Part shown: piece by piece, positions 36,416 through 44,587 of the stretch
Layout of the letters: every line of letters begins with the position of its first letter
How positions within the stretch are numbered: the first letter of the stretch is position 1
Position numbers and translations under genes: made by a program
The notes under the pieces: generated by a model
Told to the model about the DNA's origin: nothing
Seen by the model: the letters and a program-made list of their open reading frames with translations, nothing else
The model's database searches: none
Virus record (IMG/VR): IMGVR_UViG_3300050138_000571
Location: 9,784 to 73,783 of that record
DNA length: 64,000 nt
Origin: a virus
Direction: 5' to 3' (one strand)

Positions 36416-37023
36416 CCGCCACGTCCAGTAAATTCGCCAAAGTCGCTATCGTCATCGCCCTCGTCATCGGAGGCTACGGCTTCGGTCGGTACGCACAGCC
36501 GGCGAAGGTCGTGGTGACCGAGAAAATCGTCACCGTCGAGCACCAAGTCGTCGTCACTCAGACCGTCACGAAGACCGAGGTCCAGATCGTCAAGGTCCAC
36601 GACGTGCAGAAGGACGTACACAAGGTCGCGGTCACTGAGGTGAAGTCGGACGGCACGAAGGTCGTCACGGTCACCACTGACGATAAATCGAAGACGGAGA
36701 CGGACATCAACGCGAACGCCAACACCTCCACCCAACACAACACTGTGGCCACCCTGGACGTCACGAAAGATCAGGAAAAGACCAAAACCACCACCTTCGG
36801 CAACAAGCCGCAGTGGTCGCTGGTCTTGCAACCCGGCTTCGAATTCGGAGAGGCCCTTGGTGTGACCAGCGGATCCTACAACCTGCTCTCCAAAGCGCTT
36901 CCGATGGCCCCACGCCTGATGGCCAACGTCGGCATCGAGCACCGGTTCATCGGCCCCATCTTCCTCGGTGCCTGGGCAAACACGCGGCTCGATGCCGGGT
37001 TGTCCATTCGTTTGGAATGGTGA
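36412..37023 (+). CDS. Membrane-anchored/secreted protein
   Basis: N-terminal hydrophobic helix, Val/Thr-rich stalk, beta-type C-terminus ending in Trp. Confidence 0.55.
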   Translation: MTATSSKFAKVAIVIALVIGGYGFGRYAQPAKVVVTEKIVTVEHQVVVTQTVTKTEVQIVKVHDVQKDVHKVAVTEVKSDGTKVVTVTTDDKSKTETDINANANTSTQHNTVATLDVTKDQEKTKTTTFGNKPQWSLVLQPGFEFGEALGVTSGSYNLLSKALPMAPRLMANVGIEHRFIGPIFLGAWANTRLDAGLSIRLEW

Positions 37024-37700
37024 TGGACCGTCACTCTGAGCTGGAGTTCAAGTTCCTGGCCGACCACGTCGATCCTGGCGCGTTCAAGTCCTGGTGCATG
37101 AGCCTGGGGCCAACTCGCTTCAATTCAGCCGCGTTCCCGGACGTCTACTGGCGCCGCGGCGACAATGTGGTCCGGCATAGGCTGTTGTGGGGGGCGGGCG
37201 AGCTGACGGTCAAGAGACGTAAGAGTGCGGACAGCATCACTGACCGCCAGGAGATCGATCTTCGGTTCTCTCCCGAGACTACCCCCCAGGACGTCAGCGC
37301 GTTTCTGCTGGCCGCGGGCTGGGCGCTAGAGTTCACGCTCCAGAAGCACTTCTCGTACCCGTTCTGGTTCAAACACGGCGACGCCAGCATCGTCGTCTCG
37401 CTCTACGAGGTCGCGCGACAGCCGTTCAAGAGCCGTCGATTCCTTGAGGTAGAGGTCGAGAAAGAGTCCAACGTTAGCGACCAGGTCGCCCGCAATCTCC
37501 TGACGCTCTGGAGTTCCTACGCAGCCCGCGAATTCGACCTCGGCGACCCCTGTGCGCTGTCTATCTATGAAATGTACAGCGGGCGCCCGTACCCAAATGT
37601 TGTAGAAGCGCCTCCGACCTGCACTCGACCCCCAGATGGCTGGCGATGCACTAGGGGCTCTCACGAAGATGGGCCCTGCGCCGCGGTACCGGTGCGTTAG
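37023..37700 (+). CDS. CYTH (triphosphate tunnel metalloenzyme) domain protein
   Basis: ELEFKF (ExExK), R.R...ELTVK, QEIDL, FLEVEV; C-terminal CTR...W.CTR..H.DGPC tail. Confidence 0.75.
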   Translation: MDRHSELEFKFLADHVDPGAFKSWCMSLGPTRFNSAAFPDVYWRRGDNVVRHRLLWGAGELTVKRRKSADSITDRQEIDLRFSPETTPQDVSAFLLAAGWALEFTLQKHFSYPFWFKHGDASIVVSLYEVARQPFKSRRFLEVEVEKESNVSDQVARNLLTLWSSYAAREFDLGDPCALSIYEMYSGRPYPNVVEAPPTCTRPPDGWRCTRGSHEDGPCAAVPVR

Positions 37701-37706
37701 CCCCCA

Positions 37707-38342
37707 ATGAAATCTCAGGACATGAAGGCTGCGGCCCTGCAGTGGCTGCGATTCGTTCGTCGTTACGAGATCGTTTGCACCGAGGCAGGGACCATTGGCC
37801 TCGCCGACGTCATCGGGGTCTGCCCGACCTCGGCTGTCGAAATGGAGATCAAAGTCTCGAAAGCAGATCTGCGCCGGGAGTTCACGGAGAAGGCTCACAA
37901 GCACCGCTATTACAAGAGCGTGAGCGGCGGAGCGTCGCCCAACTACTTCTACTTCATGGTTCCGGAACAGCTCGTCGAAGCCGCGGTAGCGCTTGCCCTC
38001 GAACATAACCCGAAGTACGGCGTCGTCTCGATGCCAGAAGGCGGGAACTACCAGACGCTGACGGTGACCCGCAAGGCCCAGCGCCTGCACAGCGAGAAGC
38101 CAGGCCCCGGGATGATCCGGGTGGCGACGATGAGGATGTCGTCGGAGCTTGCGACTCTGTACGCCGCCAACCGAGAGCTGGCGGCGAAGGTCGTTCATGC
38201 GTTCGAGGTGGGCGTCAACCAGGTCGTTCAACAGGCGATCTTGCCATTCGCGGCCGAGCCCGATCTGCCGCTCGAAACGAATGATGGTCCCGATCCTCTC
38301 TTCCTGGAGACGGACCCTGGCGCACAGCAGCGTTCGCTATAG
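37707..38342 (+). CDS. MmcB-like PD-(D/E)xK nuclease
   Basis: ADVIG...EMEIKVSKADL..E..K..K...Y...PNYFYF.VP pattern. Confidence 0.65.
   Translation: MKSQDMKAAALQWLRFVRRYEIVCTEAGTIGLADVIGVCPTSAVEMEIKVSKADLRREFTEKAHKHRYYKSVSGGASPNYFYFMVPEQLVEAAVALALEHNPKYGVVSMPEGGNYQTLTVTRKAQRLHSEKPGPGMIRVATMRMSSELATLYAANRELAAKVVHAFEVGVNQVVQQAILPFAAEPDLPLETNDGPDPLFLETDPGAQQRSL
38331..38342 (+). promoter_or_regulatory. Phage promoter motif A
   Basis: Exact 12-mer; its final TAG is the upstream stop codon. Confidence 0.8.
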
Positions 38343-38349
38343 GCAGGAT

Positions 38350-38652
38350 ATGGAAAAGGAAACCCTCAAAGAGATCGTCACCTTCGAGCTGGAAGCCTAC
38401 TGCCCGGAGTCCGCGGACATCGAACGATGTTCCGAGGGCATCGCCGAGAAGCTGGGAGACGACTTCGCGCCTAGCTACTTCCGGGTCCGCAACGTCGTCC
38501 TCGACGGCCTCCAGGCCCTCGAAGCCTGCCTCGTCGAGGCGGAGATGGAGCAACTGGCAGGAGAGATCGCGGAAAAGCTCTGCGCCGGCTCTGACGAAGA
38601 CGAGGTCGAAGAAGACTTCCTGATCGAGGACTGCGCCGAGGACTGCGAGTGA
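38350..38652 (+). CDS. Acidic hypothetical protein
   Basis: ATG 8 nt from the motif at 38331. Confidence 0.55.
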   Translation: MEKETLKEIVTFELEAYCPESADIERCSEGIAEKLGDDFAPSYFRVRNVVLDGLQALEACLVEAEMEQLAGEIAEKLCAGSDEDEVEEDFLIEDCAEDCE

Positions 38653-38900
38653 CCCGAACCGTGAGAGTCGTGGACATCGGGGACCACGTAACGCCCCTAC
38701 GGCGACATTTCCTTGTGATCGCCGACGACCGCTCGGGCCCCTCGGTCAGCGACATCAATGCTCGGCTCGTGACGTTCCTGCAGGAGGTGCTGGTCATGCC
38801 CAGTCTCCTGGCGGTCGGACCTGTGTCCACCCCGCATTATTCGATTTCACACGACGGCGAGAAGTGGGTGCTGAGAGGGGAAGGCGAGTCCGCCACCTAG
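38649..38900 (+). CDS. Hypothetical protein
   Basis: GTGA overlap with the upstream gene. Confidence 0.5.
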   Translation: MTRTVRVVDIGDHVTPLRRHFLVIADDRSGPSVSDINARLVTFLQEVLVMPSLLAVGPVSTPHYSISHDGEKWVLRGEGESAT

Positions 38901-38901
38901 G

Positions 38902-38913
38902 CGTTCGCTATAG
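38902..38913 (+). promoter_or_regulatory. Phage promoter motif A
   Basis: Exact 12-mer, 8 nt before ATG 38921. Confidence 0.8.
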
Positions 38914-38920
38914 GCAGATC

Positions 38921-39274
38921 ATGGACAAGTTCTTCACCGGCACCGGCAACATTCGTAAGGACCACTTCGGCAGGATCGTCATCGACAACTGTCCGTCCGA
39001 TTCCGAACACCTGTGCGATTCCGAACACCTGTGCGATTCGAAGACGGACCCGGTTCAGAACCGACCGCTCTGCAGGAAGCTCGTCGAGGAAGCCTTCGAG
39101 GGGTTTCTTGGGAAAACGGGAACGCTGGTCCTGACGATTTCTCTCAAAGAAGAGAGTGTGGGGGCCGTCCCCACCGAGACCCATACCGCCAAAACTGTCA
39201 AGTACAGCGTAGCGGCCCCTGGAGCGCTGGCGGAGGCCGTGGTCGCGGCCCTGGAGCAGCTCGATGGCAATTAA
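38921..39274 (+). CDS. Hypothetical protein
   Basis: ATG 8 nt from the motif at 38902. Confidence 0.55.
   Translation: MDKFFTGTGNIRKDHFGRIVIDNCPSDSEHLCDSEHLCDSKTDPVQNRPLCRKLVEEAFEGFLGKTGTLVLTISLKEESVGAVPTETHTAKTVKYSVAAPGALAEAVVAALEQLDGN
38999..39039 (+). repeat. In-frame 18-nt tandem duplication
   Basis: GATTCCGAACACCTGTGC twice, then GATTC; encodes DSEHLC DSEHLC DS. Confidence 0.85.
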
Positions 39275-39845
39275 GTCCCATTCAAGGGCACGAGGGAATG
39301 ATTGTGGGCCAGCGCCTAAAAAGGCCCACAAGAAGCCCGTCTCCTACGCGCAGCACAAGTGGGACACGCTTTGGAAGTCCCTCCTCACCACGAACGGCCG
39401 CATCGACAAGGCAAAATTGATGATCGAGCTGGCGGACTACTCGATCCTGATGGAAGAGGCAGGCAAAGTCTACGAGTACGTCACCGGCGGTCGAGTCAAT
39501 ACCGTCAGGACGATGTCCGCCGACGTCATCAACGCGGCCGTCGAGGCCGACAACGAAACTCTCGGGGAAATCCTCACCGACGAGAAGGAACAGTGGGAGC
39601 AGGATCGCGGGGCCCGGGATCCGGTCGTCGAACGACTCGAAAATGTTTGCTACGTGCGCCTCGGCAGCCCGACGGCGAGCTTCGAGGGACGCCACATCCA
39701 CATCACGATCCCCGGGGGTACGTACTCCGCGGCCTGGTGCTCGACGACCGAGCAGCTCTTCCTCGACACGGCCTCACCTCTGCCCGCGGATTGGGTAGAC
39801 ACGGCGAAAGAAGCCGCCAAAGCGTTACTGAGCAAGGAGCAATAG
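39264..39845 (+). CDS. Hypothetical protein
   Basis: In operon; natural composition. Confidence 0.55.
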   Translation: MAIKSHSRARGNDCGPAPKKAHKKPVSYAQHKWDTLWKSLLTTNGRIDKAKLMIELADYSILMEEAGKVYEYVTGGRVNTVRTMSADVINAAVEADNETLGEILTDEKEQWEQDRGARDPVVERLENVCYVRLGSPTASFEGRHIHITIPGGTYSAAWCSTTEQLFLDTASPLPADWVDTAKEAAKALLSKEQ

Positions 39846-40478
39846 ATGTTCACCAAGGACGAGTACAACAAGCTGAATGAGCTGGTTTTCCGCGATGACT
39901 ATTCCGGCTACAAGCCGACGGTCCTGGAGATCCCCAACGGTGACAGCAAGGTCGACGCCGAGAAGCGTTACGCGCATGTTGCAACAAAGTACTTCACGAC
40001 GGCCCAGCAACGGATCGACCTGATGCCATTCCTGCAGAAGGCCCACAAGCTGGCAATGGACATCGCGGTCGCCATTCGGATGCCGCCCGAGTTCCATCCG
40101 CAGATGGAGGTAAGCGCCCTTCGCGTTCTGGAGTACCCACCTGGAGCATTCAGCAACGAACACTGCGATTTTGACCTGTTTACCCTGTCGCTCTACCGAG
40201 ACCAACCCGATCGGTTCGTCTCAAAGAGCATGGGCAACGACACTCTCCGCTACGTTCGGTACTACAATTTGCAGGCGCACATGGGCGAGCTGGGTACGGA
40301 GATCGGGCTCGGAGAGGCGACTCCCCACTCGGTACTGCCGAGCGAGACGGTACAGCGCTCGATCGTCTACTTCGCGATCCCGGCCTGGGACGCGACCCTC
40401 CCGTCGGGCGTCAAGGTTCGAGACTGGCTGAACTCCAGAATGGCCAGGAGCCGTACAGAATTCAAGACGTACGAATGA
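39846..40478 (+). CDS. 2-oxoglutarate/Fe(II) dioxygenase, IPNS-like
   Basis: LRVLEYP, HCDFDLFTL (HxD), HMGEL, PHSV (distal His), RSIVYF (RxS). Confidence 0.75.
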   Translation: MFTKDEYNKLNELVFRDDYSGYKPTVLEIPNGDSKVDAEKRYAHVATKYFTTAQQRIDLMPFLQKAHKLAMDIAVAIRMPPEFHPQMEVSALRVLEYPPGAFSNEHCDFDLFTLSLYRDQPDRFVSKSMGNDTLRYVRYYNLQAHMGELGTEIGLGEATPHSVLPSETVQRSIVYFAIPAWDATLPSGVKVRDWLNSRMARSRTEFKTYE

Positions 40479-41018
40479 CAAAAAAGTGCAGGGGATGTCC
40501 ACAAACAGATGACGACCGGACAAAATTTCACGGGCACCCCAAAAACAAGAACCGCCTCCAGTCCTGGTGCATAGCGTGCGCGAAGGCGCAGGCCGCCCTT
40601 CCAGAAAACAAGGCACAGCGCAATGCCCGCCTGGCTCTTCCAGAAAACAGGGCAAAGAAGGCCGTCTACTGCTCCGATTACAACGCTCGCCCCGAAGTCA
40701 AAAGTGAAGAACGCCGACAACTACCTTCGTCGTTTCTACAAAATAAGCCTAGCGCAGCGCGACGCCCTGCTGGAGTCACAGGGTGGCCGATGCGCCAATC
40801 CGGGTTGCCGCACTGACACTCCTGGAGGCAACAAGACGTTCCATCTAGACCACGACCACTCCTGCTGCCCAGGCGATGAATCATGCGGTAAGTGCATACG
40901 AGGACTGCTCTGCCACGACTGCAACGTAGGGAGCGGACTTTTCGATGACGATCCCGTCAAACTCCAGGGGCACGCTGACTACCTGAAAGCGTGGGCGGAT
41001 CGGAAGGCCGGCAAATGA
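40475..41018 (+). pseudogene. Endonuclease VII-family gene broken by a +1 frameshift near 40700
   Basis: Zn-finger N-terminus in frame 40475. EndoVII core (YKISL....LLESQGG.CA..C......LDHDH...C..CIRGLLC..CN..G) is in the +1 frame. Switch falls at GTCAAAAGTG. Confidence 0.65.
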
Positions 41019-41185
41019 TCGTCGATCTGCTCAGGTCCCCGCGGTTCTTTCCGGGGGTCATCATCGTGCTGCAGGCCTGCGCGGCGATCCGCTGGGGAGT
41101 TGCCGGCAGCGCCTGGAATGCGTTCTATTGGGCCTTTGCCGTCGGCCTCAACACGATCTGCACCTTCGGGAAGCTCGGCCAGTAG
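41015..41185 (+). CDS. Small membrane protein
   Basis: Two hydrophobic stretches; ATGA overlap. Confidence 0.5.
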   Translation: MIVDLLRSPRFFPGVIIVLQACAAIRWGVAGSAWNAFYWAFAVGLNTICTFGKLGQ

Positions 41186-41186
41186 G

Positions 41187-41198
41187 CGTTCGCTATAG
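41187..41198 (+). promoter_or_regulatory. Phage promoter motif A
   Basis: Exact 12-mer, 8 nt before dut. Confidence 0.8.
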
Positions 41199-41205
41199 GC
41201 AGATC

Positions 41206-41697
41206 ATGGGCAAACCAGTCACAGTCAAAATCAAGAAGTTGCACAAAGACGCCAAGTTGCCGGTTTTCTCGACGGAAGGCGCGGCCGGAGCAGATCTCCA
41301 CGCGTACATCCCCAGAGACGGACACTCGGCCCAGTTCGCCGATTCGAAGGGCCCATTCACCCGCATCTACGCGGACGACCACGCAGTCATCGGCTGTGGC
41401 ATCGCCATCGAGGTGCCCGAAGGCTACGAGGCGCAGGTCCGGCCGCGATCGGGGCTCGCCGCAAAGCTAGGGATCTCCATCGTGAACTCCCCCGGCACCA
41501 TCGACAGCGACTTCCGCGGTGAGATCGGAGCCATCCTCATCAACCATGGTGCGCTCCCCTTCGACGTCTACACCGGCGACCGCATCGCCCAGATTGTGGT
41601 GGTGCCGATCCCCAAAGTCTGCTTCGTGGAGGCCAACGAGCTGACGGAAACGAAGCGCGGCGCCGGTGGCATGGGAAGCACGGGGGTGTCGTCATGA
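41206..41697 (+). CDS. dut: Trimeric dUTPase
   Basis: AAGADL, RPRSGLA, GTIDSDFRGE, GDRIAQ, RGAGGMGSTG. Confidence 0.93.
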   Translation: MGKPVTVKIKKLHKDAKLPVFSTEGAAGADLHAYIPRDGHSAQFADSKGPFTRIYADDHAVIGCGIAIEVPEGYEAQVRPRSGLAAKLGISIVNSPGTIDSDFRGEIGAILINHGALPFDVYTGDRIAQIVVVPIPKVCFVEANELTETKRGAGGMGSTGVSS

Positions 41698-41978
41698 AGA
41701 CCATCGAGATGAAATGGTGGATGCCAGAAGCCATCAACACCGCCTCCGACAACGAGATCCTCATCAAAGACATTGTTCAGGCCCTGAGCGGCCAGGAACC
41801 GGGGACGAACACGGTATCGATCGGAGGCGACACACTCGTCTTCGGCGCCGTCGATGCTGACGGAGACATCTGCATCTACGAGTCCACCATCCGCCGCGCC
41901 TCCGCGAACGTGGCCTCGGACATCGTCCCGGAAGGCTGTGTAGGGACAAACGTCACAAAGCAGACGAACTTCTCGTAG
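41694..41978 (+). CDS. Hypothetical protein
   Basis: ATGA overlap with dut. Confidence 0.55.
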   Translation: MKTIEMKWWMPEAINTASDNEILIKDIVQALSGQEPGTNTVSIGGDTLVFGAVDADGDICIYESTIRRASANVASDIVPEGCVGTNVTKQTNFS

Positions 41979-42060
41979 ACTCACGAGAGTTAGTGGGCCG
42001 GCTACGGGGCCTTGTGGTTGAGCTGGGTACGATTTGTGCATCACCGAGATGTGTCTGGCG

Positions 42061-42069
42061 TGCTACAAT
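42061..42069 (+). promoter_or_regulatory. Extended -10 sigma70-type promoter TGcTACAAT
   Basis: TGn-TACAAT ends 6 nt before ATG 42075, in a 96-nt intergenic gap. Confidence 0.45.
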
Positions 42070-42074
42070 AGAGA

Positions 42075-42437
42075 ATGTTCGAAACTCGACTAGAAGACAG
42101 CCGCAGCCCCTTAGAGGCTGTGAGACTTAAAATTGAGGGGCTTATAGCGGCCAGGCTGGGTATCCTACACTGCGAGGCGTCAGATCTGGCGGCTGACATG
42201 GAGGCGCTGATCGGGCGCCTACGTGGCAAGGGCCACTTGGCCAAGGTCGACGATCTCAAGGCAGGTAGATGGTACCGCACGGCCTCAGACCTCCGGCTCC
42301 TACAAGAGCTGTACACGTTCGTCTGTCAGGTCAGCGGGGTAAAGGAGTCGGCGATCGAGATGGAGATCGTAGACGACGAGAGCGGCCCCAGCGAGATCGA
42401 AGACGAGGTCACGGAAAGCCACCGGATCCGGAGGTAG
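42075..42437 (+). CDS. Hypothetical protein
   Basis: Follows the extended -10 site. Confidence 0.55.
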   Translation: MFETRLEDSRSPLEAVRLKIEGLIAARLGILHCEASDLAADMEALIGRLRGKGHLAKVDDLKAGRWYRTASDLRLLQELYTFVCQVSGVKESAIEMEIVDDESGPSEIEDEVTESHRIRR

Positions 42438-42439
42438 GG

Positions 42440-42451
42440 CGTTCGCTATAG
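42440..42451 (+). promoter_or_regulatory. Phage promoter motif A
   Basis: Exact 12-mer, 7 nt before the cREC gene. Confidence 0.8.
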
Positions 42452-42457
42452 AAAGGC

Positions 42458-43012
42458 ATGGGACAACTCCTGCGCCTTTGGGTGGATGATGAGCGACCTG
42501 CGCCTGATGGTTGGGCCCGGGTAACGACGGCCGCGGAAGCGATCCGCATCCTCGGGGCCTATGAAGTCCATGATATGTCGCTCGACCACGACCTCGGGCA
42601 CTGCGAAAAGTGCGTCGGCTGCAAGGGCTACAAGTCCAAGTGCGGGTGCCAGTGTCACTGGTCCGGATACTCGGTCGCCCTCTTCATGGCGACCACCGGC
42701 CGCTGGCCCGAGAAAAAGCCGACCTGCCACAGTGCAAACCCGGCCGGCAAAGCGAACATCGAGGCGACGATCGAACGCTATTTTGGCAAGCAGCTCGCGT
42801 CTTCACCTGGCGAGTTCCGGCTGACGTGGAGAGAGCTGGAGATGGCCCAGCGCTTCACCAAGCGCCATGTCGAGCGCCACCGCAAACAGAAGCAGGCGGC
42901 GATCGGTGGCCGGTTCACCTACAGCTTCACGCCGACGGGTCTCGGTGAGATCGCTGCCATCCACTGCGCGTGCGGCAAGAAGAAGACCCTGACCGACTTC
43001 TCGGAGTGGTAG
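42458..43012 (+). CDS. Cyclic-phosphate-processing receiver (cREC)-like domain fused to a small C-terminal domain
   Basis: LWVDDER..P.GW, MSLDHDLG, HSANPAG motifs; Cys-rich insert; C-terminal GRFTYSFTPTGLG...CACG. Confidence 0.7.
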   Translation: MGQLLRLWVDDERPAPDGWARVTTAAEAIRILGAYEVHDMSLDHDLGHCEKCVGCKGYKSKCGCQCHWSGYSVALFMATTGRWPEKKPTCHSANPAGKANIEATIERYFGKQLASSPGEFRLTWRELEMAQRFTKRHVERHRKQKQAAIGGRFTYSFTPTGLGEIAAIHCACGKKKTLTDFSEW

Positions 43013-43015
43013 GGG

Positions 43016-43096
43016 CTAGAACGCGATCGGCGACTTGATCGGCGCGCGCCGAATGGGTCCGGTGCCGGGGATCCAGTTGCGGGTCTCGCCCTTCAT
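43016..43096 (-). CDS. Possible 26-aa peptide MKGETRNWIPGTGPIRRAPIKSPIAF
   Basis: ATG 3 nt after the stop of 43100-43438; fills the convergent gap. Confidence 0.3.
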   Translation of the reverse strand: MKGETRNWIPGTGPIRRAPIKSPIAF

Positions 43097-43099
43097 CGC

Positions 43100-43438
43100 T
43101 TAGACGCCGGTGCGGCGGGTGTAGGCGGGGTCGACCGGAGCGACCTGCGTCTCGATGCACAGCGTGGCGCTACCGTTGTAGGCGCTGACGTCGATCGGGT
43201 TGTTGGACTGGGACGAGAAGCCGTTCTTCCCGACCACCGGATCCGCGTTCCCCACCGTGAGGGTGGTCGCCGTGGGACAGGACAGGATCTTGACGTGGAC
43301 CTGCGCCAACGCGTCGTTCAGGGTCAGCCAAGCGGTCGTGCCTGGGAACAGCGAAGCGGTCTCGTCAACCGTCAGCACGCCGCCGGAAGTGGCTGCCGTG
43401 ACGGCCTTCGAGGACTTGAAGATGGGTATGCCGGCCAT
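43100..43438 (-). CDS. Small probable virion protein
   Basis: Beta-rich; preceded by CAATCAT. Confidence 0.55.
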   Translation of the reverse strand: MAGIPIFKSSKAVTAATSGGVLTVDETASLFPGTTAWLTLNDALAQVHVKILSCPTATTLTVGNADPVVGKNGFSSQSNNPIDVSAYNGSATLCIETQVAPVDPAYTRRTGV

Positions 43439-43444
43439 GACTTG

Positions 43445-43451
43445 ATGATTG
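43445..43451 (-). promoter_or_regulatory. Motif B (CAATCAT)
   Basis: 7 nt before ATG 43438. Confidence 0.65.
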
Positions 43452-43459
43452 GTGCCGGA

Positions 43460-44035
43460 TTAGATCCAGGCCCAGATGCGGTGCCAGGTGCGCGCAATCC
43501 ATCCAGAAGCGACGTTTGCGTCTTCCTTGGCCCGGGCCTCCAGCTCCTTGGCGGCGGCCACAGCGGCTTCCTGGGTGGCCTTGGCGGCCATGGCAGCCGT
43601 GGAGTCGACAACGGCGACGACCACGGGGTTCTTGAGGTGGCCTACCACCGTCTCCAGCTCCTTGATCACCCTGGACTTGTCGGCCTCAGCCTTGACAGAG
43701 TTGACGAAGGCGGTCAACGCGGTCTCGACGCCCTTGATGGCAGCGTGCGCGTCGGCGTTCAGCTTCTCTTCGACGGCTTTCGCGTCGGCCACAACCTTCG
43801 CGGCTTCCGCTTTCGCGTCAGCATCCATCTTCTCGCAGGCGGTGCAGACGAACTTGCAGCCCTTAGCGACGATCTTCTCGGCCTCGGCGACACCCAGGCG
43901 CATATCCTTGAGGGCGTCCGCCACGATGGCCTTGGCGTCCTTGACGACGACGGTCTCGACCTTTTGGACCTCGCCAACGACGGCAGTTTCGGCCGATTTG
44001 ATGGCCCCTTCAACTTCTTGAACCAAATTACTCAT
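43460..44035 (-). CDS. Ala/Val/Lys-rich repetitive helical protein with Trp-rich amphipathic C-terminus
   Basis: Repeats such as VV.DAKA; ends WIARTWHRIWAWI; preceded by CAATCAT. Confidence 0.6.
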   Translation of the reverse strand: MSNLVQEVEGAIKSAETAVVGEVQKVETVVVKDAKAIVADALKDMRLGVAEAEKIVAKGCKFVCTACEKMDADAKAEAAKVVADAKAVEEKLNADAHAAIKGVETALTAFVNSVKAEADKSRVIKELETVVGHLKNPVVVAVVDSTAAMAAKATQEAAVAAAKELEARAKEDANVASGWIARTWHRIWAWI

Positions 44036-44038
44036 AGT

Positions 44039-44581
44039 TCATATGATTGAGAGTGTGTTTGTATAGAGACGTAACTGTCGCGCAATGGCCTCAGTCCTGG
44101 GGTCCAGTTTGAAATTGATGCGCGAGAACTCCCCGAATGCCGCCAGCGCGGCCCGGTCGTAGGCGAGCGCGGCCTGGACCGGGGAGAGGAAGTAGCCAAG
44201 GTGACGGAGCTTGCCGTTGCTCCTGACGTAGGCCCTCCACTTATTTTGTCGGCTCCCCCAAGAGACCCCCTTGAACCCGCTGGTATTATTCGCCTGACGG
44301 TCGCGGTTCGCGCTGTTCAGGTCGCGGGGGTCGGGTCTCAGGTTGCTCTCTCGATTGTTCAGACCGTTGCGGTCGACGTGATCAGGCGGTCCGACAATGC
44401 CCATTCTGCGGGCGATGACCTGATGGAGCGCAACGGTCGTCCGGGTGCCGTCCGGATTACGGACGGAGCGCTGAGCATAGACGGTCTTGTTGCCCTTTTT
44501 TGCACACCAATTAAATGCGATCAGATCGGCGTGTTTGTCGTCGATCGTTGTGACCTTGCCCTGAGTGAGTTGGATCTCCAC
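44039..44581 (-). CDS. HNH-AP2 homing endonuclease (paralogue of 35906-36415)
   Basis: DHVDRNGLNNRESNLR; NNTSGFKGV...W.A......YLG/HLG...AA.AYDRAA. Confidence 0.88.
   Translation of the reverse strand: MEIQLTQGKVTTIDDKHADLIAFNWCAKKGNKTVYAQRSVRNPDGTRTTVALHQVIARRMGIVGPPDHVDRNGLNNRESNLRPDPRDLNSANRDRQANNTSGFKGVSWGSRQNKWRAYVRSNGKLRHLGYFLSPVQAALAYDRAALAAFGEFSRINFKLDPRTEAIARQLRLYTNTLSII
44043..44049 (-). promoter_or_regulatory. Motif B (CAATCAT)
   Basis: 8 nt before ATG 44035. Confidence 0.65.
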
Positions 44582-44587
44582 ACCAAC

